A stretch of 64,000 nt of DNA, from contig CM060733.1 of assembly GCA_030704615.1 (NCBI GenBank), positions 63,922,001-63,986,000 on the forward strand, in the 5' to 3' direction. Within the stretch, counting starts at the first letter, position 1. The number at the start of each line of letters is the position of its first letter. Below the pieces are notes generated by a model. The model had not been told where the DNA came from and did not search any database. It saw only the letters and a program-made list of their open reading frames with translations. Source of the DNA: Takakia lepidozioides (lineage: Eukaryota > Plantae > Bryophyta). Shown here one piece after another: positions 23,533-35,700 of the stretch. Position numbers and translations under genes: made by a program.

Positions 23533-25860
23533 TTACAGCTGACCGGCATTAGATGGTCCGGCATGTGAGGAACCACGGGTCTGCTGCGCAACACGTCGGT
23601 TAAGGTGGAATTGTAGTGGCAGGTTGTCATCATCCAAGGCTTCAACTTCCGCCCGGTCCAATGCAGCAGAATGATGCATGCGTGTGGAAAACATATCAAC
23701 CCTGTTGCTCCTTAATGCCCGCTGTATTGATAGGGAGCTGGATCGGTTTTGGCATTGTGGTGGAGCTGGTCGTATCGGTGAGGCATGATCCCGTCCCGTC
23801 GACTGTACAATGGGTTCGACACCTTCGTTTGTATTAACACGGTTGTGTACGTCGATCGGCCATGGCAGTACATCACCCCTAAGCTCCATTGGGGCACTAC
23901 CGGTGGCTTCAGCGTGTAGTGGGGGGCGAGGGTCAATCCCAACTTCATTTTGAGGACCATGTTCTGGGGATGACACAATTGCAGCTTCACCTTCATCTGC
24001 GATACGCACTTTTTCAAGAAGGTCATCAAAGGTCGGCTGGATATAAGCATCCTCCTCTGTGAATGTAAACGGATCATACGCATTCTCGGGAGCATCATCG
24101 GATCCATCTTCACTATCGGAGGCAGATGATTCCCTCTGAGATGATTCTTTCTGAGGCTCAGTATCGTCACTCATCGAATCAGCCTTAGAAGCAAAGTCTT
24201 TGGAATGCAAATTCCTCTCATACCATGCTGCAACATCATCCACTGCCCTCTCACGTAGCAGTCGGCAATTGGTATACACATACACCAATTTGTCAGCCCT
24301 CGCGGGATTCAACCTGTTGCGAATCTTGTTGTGAACAAATGAGTAACTGCTTCAATTGCGTTCGCAAGATGAGGCAGAGCACACTTGAGCAAGAATACGC
24401 TTCGCAATGGGAGCCAATGTTCTTGCTCCAGCTCCAATCAGATCCCACCATTCATGTGACAACATATTGAGTTCTTTTGGATCCGGCATGTCCTCAAAAG
24501 GGTCGCGGCGATCTGAGAAGCATTGGTACTCGGATATAGCTCTCTCTGCATGGTTCGGCGGAGTCAGTCGCATGAGCACTCGCACGAGGTCAGCCTTGTC
24601 ATCAGCGTCGTCTCGGAGCATGGTATTGTCGAGCAAGAATGGATTGAGCAAAGCCCCCGCATAATGCAAGTCCGTTCGAACCATCGAACGACGGTCGTAA
24701 AATGCATCATCAGCATTGTCCACAAGTTCAGGTTCCAAGGAAAAGGGAGGATGCCTCAAGGATTGGACGTGCTTCTCAAGATTTTGCATTAGTAACCATG
24801 CCTTGTCCATTACTGATTGCTTTCCATCAAAGTCCCGCAAGACGATTAACACCGGCTCTACCATATAAACAAAGTTTTCACATTTCTTCCAGAAATCATT
24901 GCTGCGAATGTTATTTCAAACTTTCAACTTCTGCCCAATGACTTGGTTTTTCTGGAGTCCTGCAATGTCCGTGTGTATGCATCCCATTGAGGATCGATGA
25001 TGGTGTGCTTCAGACTGCTCTTCACCGTCACCAATCGATCCACCATCAAGAAGTTAGTGGCAAAACAAGTTTTGTCTGGATTGCGGAGGCTGTATTTGGG
25101 TTCGTGCCTCCTATATATTGCCAAAGGGATGTGGTGTGTGCGGATGAATGACACAACAGTCTTCGCTCGCTTGACAAGTTGTTTCACCCACTGTTTTTTT
25201 CCCCAATCTTCCAAAAGGAGGTCAAGGATATGAGCAGCACAACCTTGATAGTACATATAGGGATAACGTGCCAACAACATGTCTGTAGTGTTTCTCATGT
25301 TAGCGGCATTGTCTGTGCATATTTGCACGATTCTATCACTTCCGACCTGAAGCCTTGCCACATTAAATGATATGTTGGCCTCGAAGAAAAACTGTGTCCA
25401 TTTTTTATCCAACTGTCTTTTCGCAGACAAGTTAAGACCTTCATGCATGGATTGCTGCCGTAATCCTTTACTCCGTTGAAGTGTAGAGGTACAAAGAGGT
25501 GATGAAGCAGGTGTTGCTCCGGCACAACCCACTTGTCCAAGGACACCCGAAGCCTCACAAGAGTCGCCCTGGGTACTAATCGGGGCATCCTGACGGGAAG
25601 ATGGAGTGTTTTACTCAGAGGTCATGTCCAGATCCAAAGACATTGGAATATTGCCTCCACACTGGGCAAAATGGCTTTTTACCCGCATAGATGCTTTGGG
25701 GCATAAACCCACCCCAGCGCTCTTCACACATTTATAGCCGAGGTGAGCGAGCAACCGATCCTTACGATAAAAAAGCTTTAATTCACATAGGTTGCACTCA
25801 ACACTACCAGTAGCACTGACAGTGTTCGGGATTGCCGTATACCAAGGGCTTCATTCCTCC
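23533..25860 (-). pseudogene. hAT transposase (BED finger, DUF659-type core, hAT dimerisation domain), disrupted
   Basis: VECNLCELKLFYRKDRLLAHLGY..GLCP (BED-like, about 25700-25810); IVQICTDNAANM, CAAHILDLLLED; WWDLIGAGARTLAPIAKRILAQVCSASSCERN; RADKLVYVYTN; stops, frameshifts and an internal deletion. Confidence 0.9.
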
Positions 25861-26059
25861 CTCATCTTCATCCAATATCCACTCCCCTAGGACCTAGCGA
25901 TGCAAACAACAAAAAATAGTCACCTATAAATGAACGTGTTGTGAATGTAGAGCGCAATGCGATAGCCCAACACTTCTACACCTGTCAGCAACCCAAGTGG
26001 GTCGATATGGGTTGTAGTGTTGAGCTTATACACAATATGCAGAAGTGGCTTTTTTTATG

Positions 26060-27040
26060 AAAAATAAGCGACCGCCACTACTGCGGTCGCTTTTATTTCC
26101 TTTCATTTTGTGCAATATTGCGGTCACTTCTATTTTGTATATTTTTAAATTTAAACGACCGCTCATATGAAGGTCGCTATTGTTTTTTATTTCAAAATAT
26201 AATGCGACTGCCGGTATGGCGGTTGCTTCATTTGTTAATATATTTAAAATAAAGTGACCGCCAATATGGTGGTCGCTTTTATTTTTAATATTTTTAAAAA
26301 AACGCGACCGCCTGTAAGGCGGTCGCTTTTAATCTTTATATTTTCAAGTTAAGCGACCTCCAGGCTGGCGGTCGCTTAAACTTAATATATATTTTAAGAT
26401 TGACGCGACCGCCGGTTTGGTGGTCGCAAATATTGTATTGTTTTAAAACAAGCGACCACCGGTGTGGCGGTCGCTTTTATTTTCATAAGTCGCTTGTTTT
26501 TTATATATAATTTTAAATTTACCGACCGCCATATGGCGGTCATTTGTTTTTCTATATATTTTTTAAATTAAGCAACCGCCCAATAGCGGTCGCTGTTTAT
26601 TTTTATTATTATTATTATTTTGAAATTATCCGACCGCCATATGGCGGTCGCTTGTTCTGTACATATTTACAAAATTGTGCGACCGCCAATACAGCAGTCG
26701 CTTGTTTTCTTTTTTAAATTAGTCGACCGCCAATCTTGTTTCTTAAAAACAATAAATTGAAGCAACCGCCAAGATAGCGGTCACTATTTCTTTTTTTAAT
26801 TCGAAAAATAAAGCGACCGCCAGTGCGACCGCCAATCTTGTTTTTTTTAAAAACAATTTGAAGCGACCGCCAATATGGCGGTCGCTATTTCTTTTTCTAT
26901 TTCAAAAAATAAAGCGACCGCCATTGCGACCGCCAATCTTGCTTTAAAAAAAAAAATTGAAGCGACCGCCAATACGGCGGTCGCTATTTCTTTTTTAATT
27001 TCGAAAAACAAAGCGACCGCCACAATTGGCGGTCGTGTTC
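26060..27040. repeat. Right subterminal palindrome array
   Basis: About 20 GCGACCGCC..GGCGGTCGC units with AT-rich spacers, upstream of the transposase. Confidence 0.9.
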
Positions 27041-27224
27041 ATTTTGTTAAATTTCAAAAATGTATTTGCCACCGCCACCGTGTCGGTGACGTGGCTGCTT
27101 AAGTGGCAGTATTTTACCTGGTACTATTTTTACCAAAATATTCCCCGAACCTGACGTGACAGAGGTCCCGTCAGCGTCAGGTCTGACGTAACGCTGACGG
27201 ACGGACGTGACGCTCATAACCGGG

Positions 27225-27945
27225 TTGCAGGGTATGCACAGTAGGGACATGGTATGGAGGCTTTGGAGACCTATGATCGAATGACGGGGGAAGGGGTGAA
27301 GCCCACTGATTTGTGTGCATTTGCAGTGCATCTGCAAGCCTGGCAGCCCTGGAAAAGGGCAAAAATGTCCATGGTGACATTTTCAGAGCTGGATTGTACC
27401 CGATGTCATTCTGAACAATATCCTGGTGGATATGTATGCAAAATGTGGGTACGAGGATGCAAAGGGAGTGTTCGACAGTATGGCTGAACAAGATATGGTG
27501 TCATGTAATGTCATGCTTGCAGGAGATGCACAGTAGGGGCGCGGGATGGAGGCCTTGGAGACCTATGAGCAAATAATGGGGGAAGGGGTGAAGCATAACC
27601 AGATCACGTTTACGTGTGTTTGCAATGCTTGTGCAAGCCTGGCAGCCCTAGAAAGGGCAAAGAGATCCATGGTGACATCATCAAATCTGGAATTGCACTT
27701 GATGTCATTCTGAACACTGCCCTGATGGACATGTATGCCAAATGTAGGTGCATTGAGGATGCAAAGGGAGTGTTCGACAGTATGGCTGAACAACATGTGG
27801 TGTCGTGGAGTGTGATGATTGCAGGATATGCACAGCAAGGGCGCGGGATGGAGGCTTTGGAGACCTAGGGCAAATGATGAGGAGAAGTTGTGGAATGAAT
27901 ACTTTTCTAACCCAGTCAATGGTGGGACAATCGAGGCAAGAAGGT
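27225..27945 (+). pseudogene. Continuation of the PLS-PPR pseudogene, followed by a PDF N-half
   Basis: [62 protein letters not shown]; then DEEKLWNEYFSNP/QWWDNRGKK at about 27876-27944. Confidence 0.85.
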
Positions 27946-28524
27946 CCTGGGGGGTGCACTCTTCATAAAAAGACCATATCACGTGTGTGCATCAGCCAAT
28001 AAACAATACCCCTGTATATAGCTTAACTCATGACTTCATCATATATATACATATTTTAAAAACTTTATTAAAACCCCTAAAGTATTTATATAAAACAAAC
28101 AATTAATGAATAACAATACCCTGCTGTATGTATTCATTGAGAATATAAAAACCCTTTATTTTATATATAATTTTTAATACAAAATTATGGACAAATTATA
28201 GATCGGATTTTTTTAAAAATCAAAATAACTTGTGTAGTCAATAAAAATTAGTATAAAATTTATTTTTTGTTTATAAAATTGTTAAAAACAGGCTGAAATG
28301 TGTTGAGGAAGGTGCCTTCATTAGCAGTCGCTGCTGTTTCCACTTAGGCCAAAACAAGAAGATTTTTTTTTTAAGAAACCGGCCGGGGGTTGGGGGGAGG
28401 AGATTTGTGTGCAGCTGCTGCTCCTCTCTCTCTCCCCCGTTTTCCTTGGCCTAAGTAGGGCTGCTGCTCTCTCCTTACTTAGGCAAACAAAAGAAAAAAA
28501 AACAGTAATAGTAATAACAGTTTT

Positions 28525-28950
28525 CGTTGCTCCCACATTTGACATACATTTGACGTGGATACTGTTTAGAATGACACTTGATATAACCCTAGCTTTGACA
28601 ACATCACCATGGACCTCTTTGCCTTTTTTTGAGGGCTGCTTGCATTGTTGTTCATGCATTATAAACACAAACGAACATGACATGGTCCAACTTCAACCCT
28701 TCCTACATCATTTGCTCATAGGTCTCTATGCCAAAGTCTTCATCTCTCACCCCTCCTATGCATATCCTGCATTCATCACGTTCCACAACACCACATCTCG
28801 TTCAGCCATATTGTCAAAACACTACATCTAGTTAAACCACCTTGCTGCACCCGCTCTTTAATTACATGTCCACCAAGGTAGGGTTCAGAATGACATATGA
28901 TACAATTCCAGCTCTTATGACGTCACCATGGACTTTTTTACCCTTTTCGA
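28525..28950 (-). pseudogene. PLS-PPR fragment in inverted orientation
   Basis: KKGKEVHGDVVKARVISSVILNS plus degenerate P/S motifs. Confidence 0.75.
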
Positions 28951-29356
28951 AAGGGTATCAAGAGAGAAAATAACTCTCTCTCTCTCTCCCCCTTAAGCTC
29001 CCGACGCGATGAATTCGAGGTCAGATGGTGGGGTCAGCTGCAACGTATGACTAATACTAGATATCCTAAGTTAATCGACTCTATATCTTGGAAGCAGGAC
29101 TGCCCTGTAGATTTCAAATAGTTGGATTTTAATTTAATTTCCCGGTAGCTATATAAACTATTCTAAGTGTCAAATTGTTGTACAAGGAAGAACAAGCTCA
29201 TGTGAAATGTGATGGGACATACAACTTGTTGTTAGGTGCTGGTAAAATGCAGGGAGAACATTTTTCTGCTCTGTCGTCACCTAAGCATTGTGCCACAACA
29301 TACATCGTTGTCCACCACACAATCTAAGCACACAATCCTAGAAAGCTATACCTCAA

Positions 29357-29723
29357 TGATAATGGAAGTGAACACACAATGGAAACACTCCACTCATGAA
29401 TCCACTCAATCACATAAACTAAGTAAAACCAAGGGCACCTTTGCTAAAAGAATCCACCCTACAAAGCCCTCACCACACTCCCTCTCAATACCTATAATTA
29501 TGGAGGTGGGAAAGGCTCATGGAGGCTCAACTACAAGAAGATGAGCCTCCTCCATCCTCACAAGGGGAAAACCTATCCCCATGTCCCAAGTGAGACTCGA
29601 CACCTCACTTGGCATGTGAGACCCAATGAAGTCCCAACACACAAAATATAAATATAAATATCTAAAATGTCCTAGTTAACTAGAAGTAGGTATTTTTAGA
29701 TAACCATGACTAAAACCAGGACA
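29357..29723. repeat. LTR-like repeat; direct copy at 49263-49625
   Basis: tgataatggaagtgaacacacaatgg...accatgactaaaacca is near-identical in both copies. Confidence 0.8.
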
Positions 29724-29725
29724 GC

Positions 29726-32700
29726 TGTCGTGCACCTAAGCATCGTGCCACAACATACATCGCTGTCCACCACACAATCTAGGCACACAATCCTAGAGAT
29801 CATCACTTGGTCATCAATCGCCCAAGTCACACTATCTGAGGTCAATAGATCAAGAGGCCGGGTGTCGCGGCCCTTTGCCTTGAAGGGAGGGGGGTCAGGA
29901 CACAAGAGGGCTGCCCCTGTGGTGGGGGCAGTGGCAGCGATAGGTATGGGGGGCTGAAGCACCCTTGAGTGCCCAAGGCACTCAAGGAGGCAGAGGCGCT
30001 CACTAGGTGGAGCCCCGCACACCGGGTTGCAGTGGGGCTGGCTCCACAAGGGGTGGTGGTAGCTTAGCGGGACTTAGTGGGGGTGGCATACGACTCACCC
30101 TGGGGCGGAGACCTTGTGGTGGGAGTCGTGGGGAGTCTTGGGACTCATCACGGTCCCTAGGGGCCGTGGTGGGTGGGCCAAGACTCGACGCGACTTATCA
30201 CCGGGAGTCGAGGGTGTTCGTGGTGGTTCGCCATAAAATGGCATGGTTGTTTGTGAAACCCCCGCGGACAGCTACAGAAGTATATATAGGGAGTAGTAAC
30301 CCCGAGAACGGTGCAAGCCCGTTGGTGACCAAAAGCTAGTGAGTAAGCGAGCGAGCCGGAAAGCGACCAAAGAGTGGGGAGCTGTTCCGGACTGCCAACT
30401 ACCAAAGGGAATTCCGCTGGTTCCAAATCGTTGGAGGGTTCTTTGGGAGATCAAGGGGGGGACCATTATGTCCCGGTGAGCAGCCGAAGCTCCAAGTTGG
30501 CCCGGTGGCCAGGTTGGGAGTTAGGCGCGCGCATCAAGCGAGTAACTATGACTTGAGGGGGGAGCTTACCGAAGTGAGGTGCGCGACACTTGGTATCAGA
30601 GCTTAGAGTTCAGTACGCGATCGTCCTTGGGATTGGCCTCATCATGGGGTCGGGCAAGCCAAAGCGAAAGCGGAACGGCCCAAAAGATGATGATCCTGGT
30701 GAGCCCGATGGGGGCGACGTGTCACCGAGGCGGCCGTTTGAGGAAGCGATGCATGTTTCCGAAAATGAGGCCGCTCAAGAGCGGGAGGAACCTAAGGATT
30801 CGGAGCCTGAGGAATCCCTGAGAGCTCCGACCGACCAACAGATGCCTCCCATGCCGGCAGCCTTTTGGGGAGGGTTGTTGACGCAATTTGGCGAGACGTG
30901 TTGAAGGCGGCTAATGCCACTTCCACTAAGGCAAAGTTTAAGGTAAAGCCGAAGGAACCCGGCACCTTCGAGGGCGTCCGAAATCGGAAGGCACTCAACA
31001 CCTGGCTCTTGGAGTTGGAGCAGTACTTCCGGGCGGCCAAGCTGAGTGACGAGGATCGGGTGGAAGTGGCTCCCACCTATTTGAGGGGCTATGCTCAACA
31101 ATGGTGGCAGAAACACATTCACGACCAAGGTCCAAGCCCGGAAACCTTGAACTGGAGTGGGTTCAAGGAATTGATGAAGAGGCAGTTTGTGCCCCTCAAC
31201 GCGTCATGGCTCGCCCGGGACAAGATGAGGAATTTGAAGCAAACAGATGACATTCGGGGATATGTCCAGGCTTTCAATGTGCTGTTGCTCGAAGTCGCGG
31301 ACATGGCAGAACCAGAAATGGTCTTCAACTTTGTGGCGGGACTGGCCCCATGGGCCAGGCGGAAGTTGGAGGAGAAGCCACCTAAGACTTTGAACGAGGC
31401 AATTGAGAGGGCTGAATGTTTCTCGGATGTCCCTAAGGGTGAAAGACAAGGCCGTACGGAGCTGAACCACAAGAAGACCCGGCGGGAAGGTGACTCCTTC
31501 CGACCGGAAAAGAAGTGGGATAGGCCACGCGGCGACAATGGCACGTGGAAATCAAAGGGAGGGCCTTCACAAGTCAAGGCGGCACCCGGTGCTTCGAAAG
31601 GAAAAGCGGGTGGAGCGGCTTATGGCGGACAGAAGGCGACCTTTGATGGAGTGTGTTTCAATTGCGGGGAGCCCGGGCACATGGCCAAGAAGTGCACGAA
31701 GCCCCGACAATTGAACATGACTCGGGCGACCACAGAGCTGTCGGAAGATACCATCAGTCGCTTGGTGGAAGCGGTGGTCGCCAGGACTTGCAAGGTAGGC
31801 AAATTTTCTTGTGAGTTGTATCAGGAAACTGGCGCCTTACGTAAATGGAGTCAGTTATTGTTCGTGGATAGGATAATATCCGGAACTAACGTGTCGTTGT
31901 TGGTGGACACAGGAGCGTCGCACTCCTTCATGACACCGGCAACGGCACAAAAGCTGGACTCCCGACAAGTGACGTGGGGGCCTCTATTGAGGTGCGTTCT
32001 GCCAAAGGAGAACCGCAATTGGCGACAAGGTTGGCGTTTGATGTTCCTCTTCAACTGGGGAGTTGGGAGGGACGTGAGAACTTCACCATCTGCGAGATCG
32101 ATGGAGTGGATCTCATTTTGGGGATGACCTTTTTGAGCAAATCCGGAGCGGTCATAGATGGCCGCAAGAGAGTAGTCACGTTGCCATGTGGGAATGGTGG
32201 CGAGGTCTTACGAGTGTCGGAAACGCCCAAACCCGTGGGAGGGCGAATAAACCTCATGTCAGCAAGGGAGTGGGCCGTGGAGGAGGCACACGAGCCCCAA
32301 TTTTTGCTTTATATTAGAGAAGTGAAGGGAGAAGGCGATGGGGAGCCGAGCCCAGATTGGATCAAGGGGATTTTGGAGAAATACCAGGATGTGATGCCGG
32401 AGGATTTACCAAGCGGCTTGCCACCGCGAAGAGGAGTTGACCACAAGATTGAGGTGATACCGGGATCGGAACCGCCTGCCAAGGCGCCCTACCGGTTGAG
32501 CCACAGAGAGTTGGTCGAGCTGAAGACTCAGCTCAAAGATCTAATGTCAAAGGGGTACATACGGCCGAGTAAGTCACCTTACGGAGCCCCGGTGCTATTC
32601 GCAGACAAGAAGGATGGGACGCTGCAGATGTGTGTCGATTACAGGGCTTGATAAGGTGACTATAAAAAACCGGTACCCTTTGCCAAGGATCGACGACCTT

Positions 32701-35700
32701 TTCGATCGGTTGGCAGGAGCGAAGTATTTCAGCCGGATCGATCTGCGCTCCGGCTATCATCAAATTCGAGTGGCGGAAGGAGATGAGGAGAAGACCGCGT
32801 GCATGACAAGGTATGGTTCATATGAGTTCTTGGTGATGCCTTTTGGACTCACCAACGCTCCCGCGACCTTTAGCACGCTGATGAACAGCCTTTTTCAGGA
32901 GTGGTTGGATGACTTTGTGATCGTGTACATCGACGACATCTTGGTGTATTCGAAAACAAAGGAGGAGCACCTGGAGCACCTCAAAAGGGTGTTCCAGAAA
33001 TTGCGGGAAGGGAAGCTGTATGCCAAAGCTTCAAAGTGCGAATTCGGGGTCACAAAAGTGGAGTTCCTGGGGCATGTGATTACACAGGATGGGATCAGAA
33101 TGGATGACAGGAAGGTGAGGGCAATCTTGGACTGGGAGCCTCCGACTTCGGTCCCGGGAGTGCGATCCTTCCTAGGACTCGCCTCCTATTACCGGAAGTA
33201 TGTGAGAAATTTCGCCAAGATCGCGGGGCCGCTGTCAGACCTTCTGTGTAAATCCAAAGTCTGGGCATGGAACACCGTTTGTGGCCAAGCTTTTGCTGAA
33301 TTGAAGCAGCGGATGGCGGAAGCTCCAGTCTTGAAAATCCCGGAGTTCGATCGTCCGTTCGAGATTCATACAGATGCGTCGGACTTCGCGATTGGGGGTG
33401 TACTGATGCAAGATGGACGCCCAGTGGCTTACGAAAGTAAGAAACTGAATGAAGTGGAGCGACGATGGCCGACGCACGAGAAAGTGATGAAGGTGGTGGT
33501 GCACTGTCTTGAGCTTTGGCGCCACTATGTTGGTTCCAACCCAGTGAAGGTGTTCACGGACAATGTCACGGTGAAGTATTTGCCACGCAGCCCAAGTTGT
33601 CCCCAAAACAACTTAGGTGGCAAGATACTTTGGCGGTGTTCGACGTGGATATCCAGTACAAACCGGGACGGGACAACGTGGTGGCCGATGCCTTAAGTAG
33701 AAAGCAGCAGCTCCTGTTGGTGTACAGGGGCGAGACGGCGCTCCAAAGGAAGATCCGGAAGGCTTGCCGAAAGGATGAGCTGGCAAAGTCCGTGATGCAG
33801 GACTTGAGGATGGGGGTTAAATCGCAGTTCCACTTGCAAAATGGACTGCTCTGGTATAAGCAAAAGCGTCTCTAAGTGCCGAAGGGAGGGATCAGAGATA
33901 GCCTCTTGAGAGAATGCCATGATAGCCCACTTGCGGGCCACGGCGGAGCCAAGCGCACTGCGGCACTCTTGAAGAAAGAGTATTTCTGGCCCAAACTGAG
34001 GGAGGAGGTAGAGGAGTATGTCAAGACATGCACCACATGCCAACAAAACCAGAGCGAGTACAAAAAGCAAGCGGGGCTGTTACAACCCTTGTCGATTCCA
34101 AAGGGGACTTGGGAAAGCGTCTCGATGGATTTCATGACTGCTATGCCGCTGTCAAAATGATTCGATGCAATCATGGTGGTGGTGGATAGGTTCAATAAAA
34201 TGGATCATTTCATCCCCACCAAGGAGACGGCAACGGCGTAGGAAACAGGGCGACTTTACTTCGCCCACGTCTTAAAGCATCATGGAGTCCCGAAGGATAT
34301 TGTCTCGGACCGCGATCCAAAGTTTACGAATAAATTTTGGAGGGCACTTTGGAAGAAGATGGGGACGAGGCTGAAGATGAGCACCGCCTTCCGACCTACG
34401 ACTGACGGCCAAACAGAAAGAGTGAATTCCGTAGTGAAGCAGATCTTGCGGAATTACGTGTCGGCAGACCAAACAGACTGGGTGGAACACTTAGACGCGG
34501 CAGAGTTTTGTTATAATAACACAGAACACTCCGCAACGGGAGTTTCCCCTTTCGTATTGGTCTATGGAAAAGCACCTCTGGTGCCGACAAGTTGGGCCGC
34601 CCAGGACGTTGAGGAACCGGCAGTAGCGGCGGGTCTGGAAGAACGCGAGCGTTTGTTGAAGCTCGCAAAGTACAACATTGCCAAAGCTAGGAAACGGTAT
34701 GAAAGGCAGGCGAATCGGAAGCGGAGGGAAGTGAAGTTTGAGGCAGGCACGGAGGTCTAGTTGAACATCAAGAATTTCCGACTACCTCCGGAAGTGAGTC
34801 CAAAATTCGTACCTTCGTATGCGGGACCCTTTCGCATCCGGAAGATTATGAATGAGGATGTGTATGAATTGGAGCTGTCGGCAAACAGCAAGGTGCATCC
34901 AGTATTCCACGTCTCCCTTTTGAAGCCTTACTTCAAAGATGAAGCGCGTCCGAATCGGCATCAAGTGTTGCGTCCGCCACCTGTGCTGTTGGATCATGAA
35001 AATGAACCCGAGTACGAGGTGGAGGCAGTACTTAAGTCGAGGAGGTTCAAGAACCAAGAAACGGAGTATCTCGTCAAATGGAAGGGCTATCATCATGTGG
35101 AGGCATCTTGGGTGCGTGCCTCAGAAATGGGAAACGCATCCGAGGCGGTTGCAGTTTTCGAAGGGCGACCTCAAAAGCGGAAGAAGCGTTGATGGGGACA
35201 TCAACCTTGGAGTGTGGGGGAGGAAATGCATGCTTAGCCCGGCTTAGCTAGCGTAGGAATCCGATTGCAAAAACTTGTATTGTACAAAAATTTGTTATAA
35301 AGGAAATGGGTTCCAAATGTTGTGCTTCCTATTTTGTTTGGAATGGTGATGCATGGTGTGGTTGGCTAGTGTGTAGAATGCATGCTAGCTTACAAAAGTG
35401 GGAGAGGTAAATTGGGTTAACCGTGTGTTTGCGCAGTGCCGAAATCAGGTGACTCCCATCCAAGGGGCAAGGAAACTTGCGCCTTCTTTAGGAGTTCACG
35501 TGCTAGTGCGCGTACTATAACTGCGCTACCGAGGGGGTTGCCTTGTAGTGCGGGCTAATGCGGAAGCTACGTGCTTCCGTTCACGTACTATAATCGTGTA
35601 GCCTCGGGACGAAGTCGTAGTGCGGCTTTGGCGTGTTCCCGTACCTCAGGCCAGCATTCCAAGGCGGACCCAATTGTAGTGATTGGGGCGCGCGGTTGGT

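Larger units (their letters stand above)
13195..27224 (-). mobile_element. Giant (14,030 bp) hAT DNA transposon carrying cargo genes
   Basis: 8-bp TSD TTGCAGGG at 13187-13194 and 27225-27232. The paralogous PPR at about 61621-61680 (minus) shows the uninterrupted site cgatgc-ttgcaggg-tatccacag. Imperfect 10-bp TIRs TCTAGTTATA / CCCGGTTATG differ only by transitions. Both ends are rich in TGACG/CGTCA, and a hAT transposase remnant lies inside. Confidence 0.9.

Noticed and set aside
13415-27040. CRISPR-like appearance of the palindrome-spacer arrays
   Set aside because: Eukaryotic transposon context, no cas genes, low-complexity AT spacers related to one another, and variable repeat loops.
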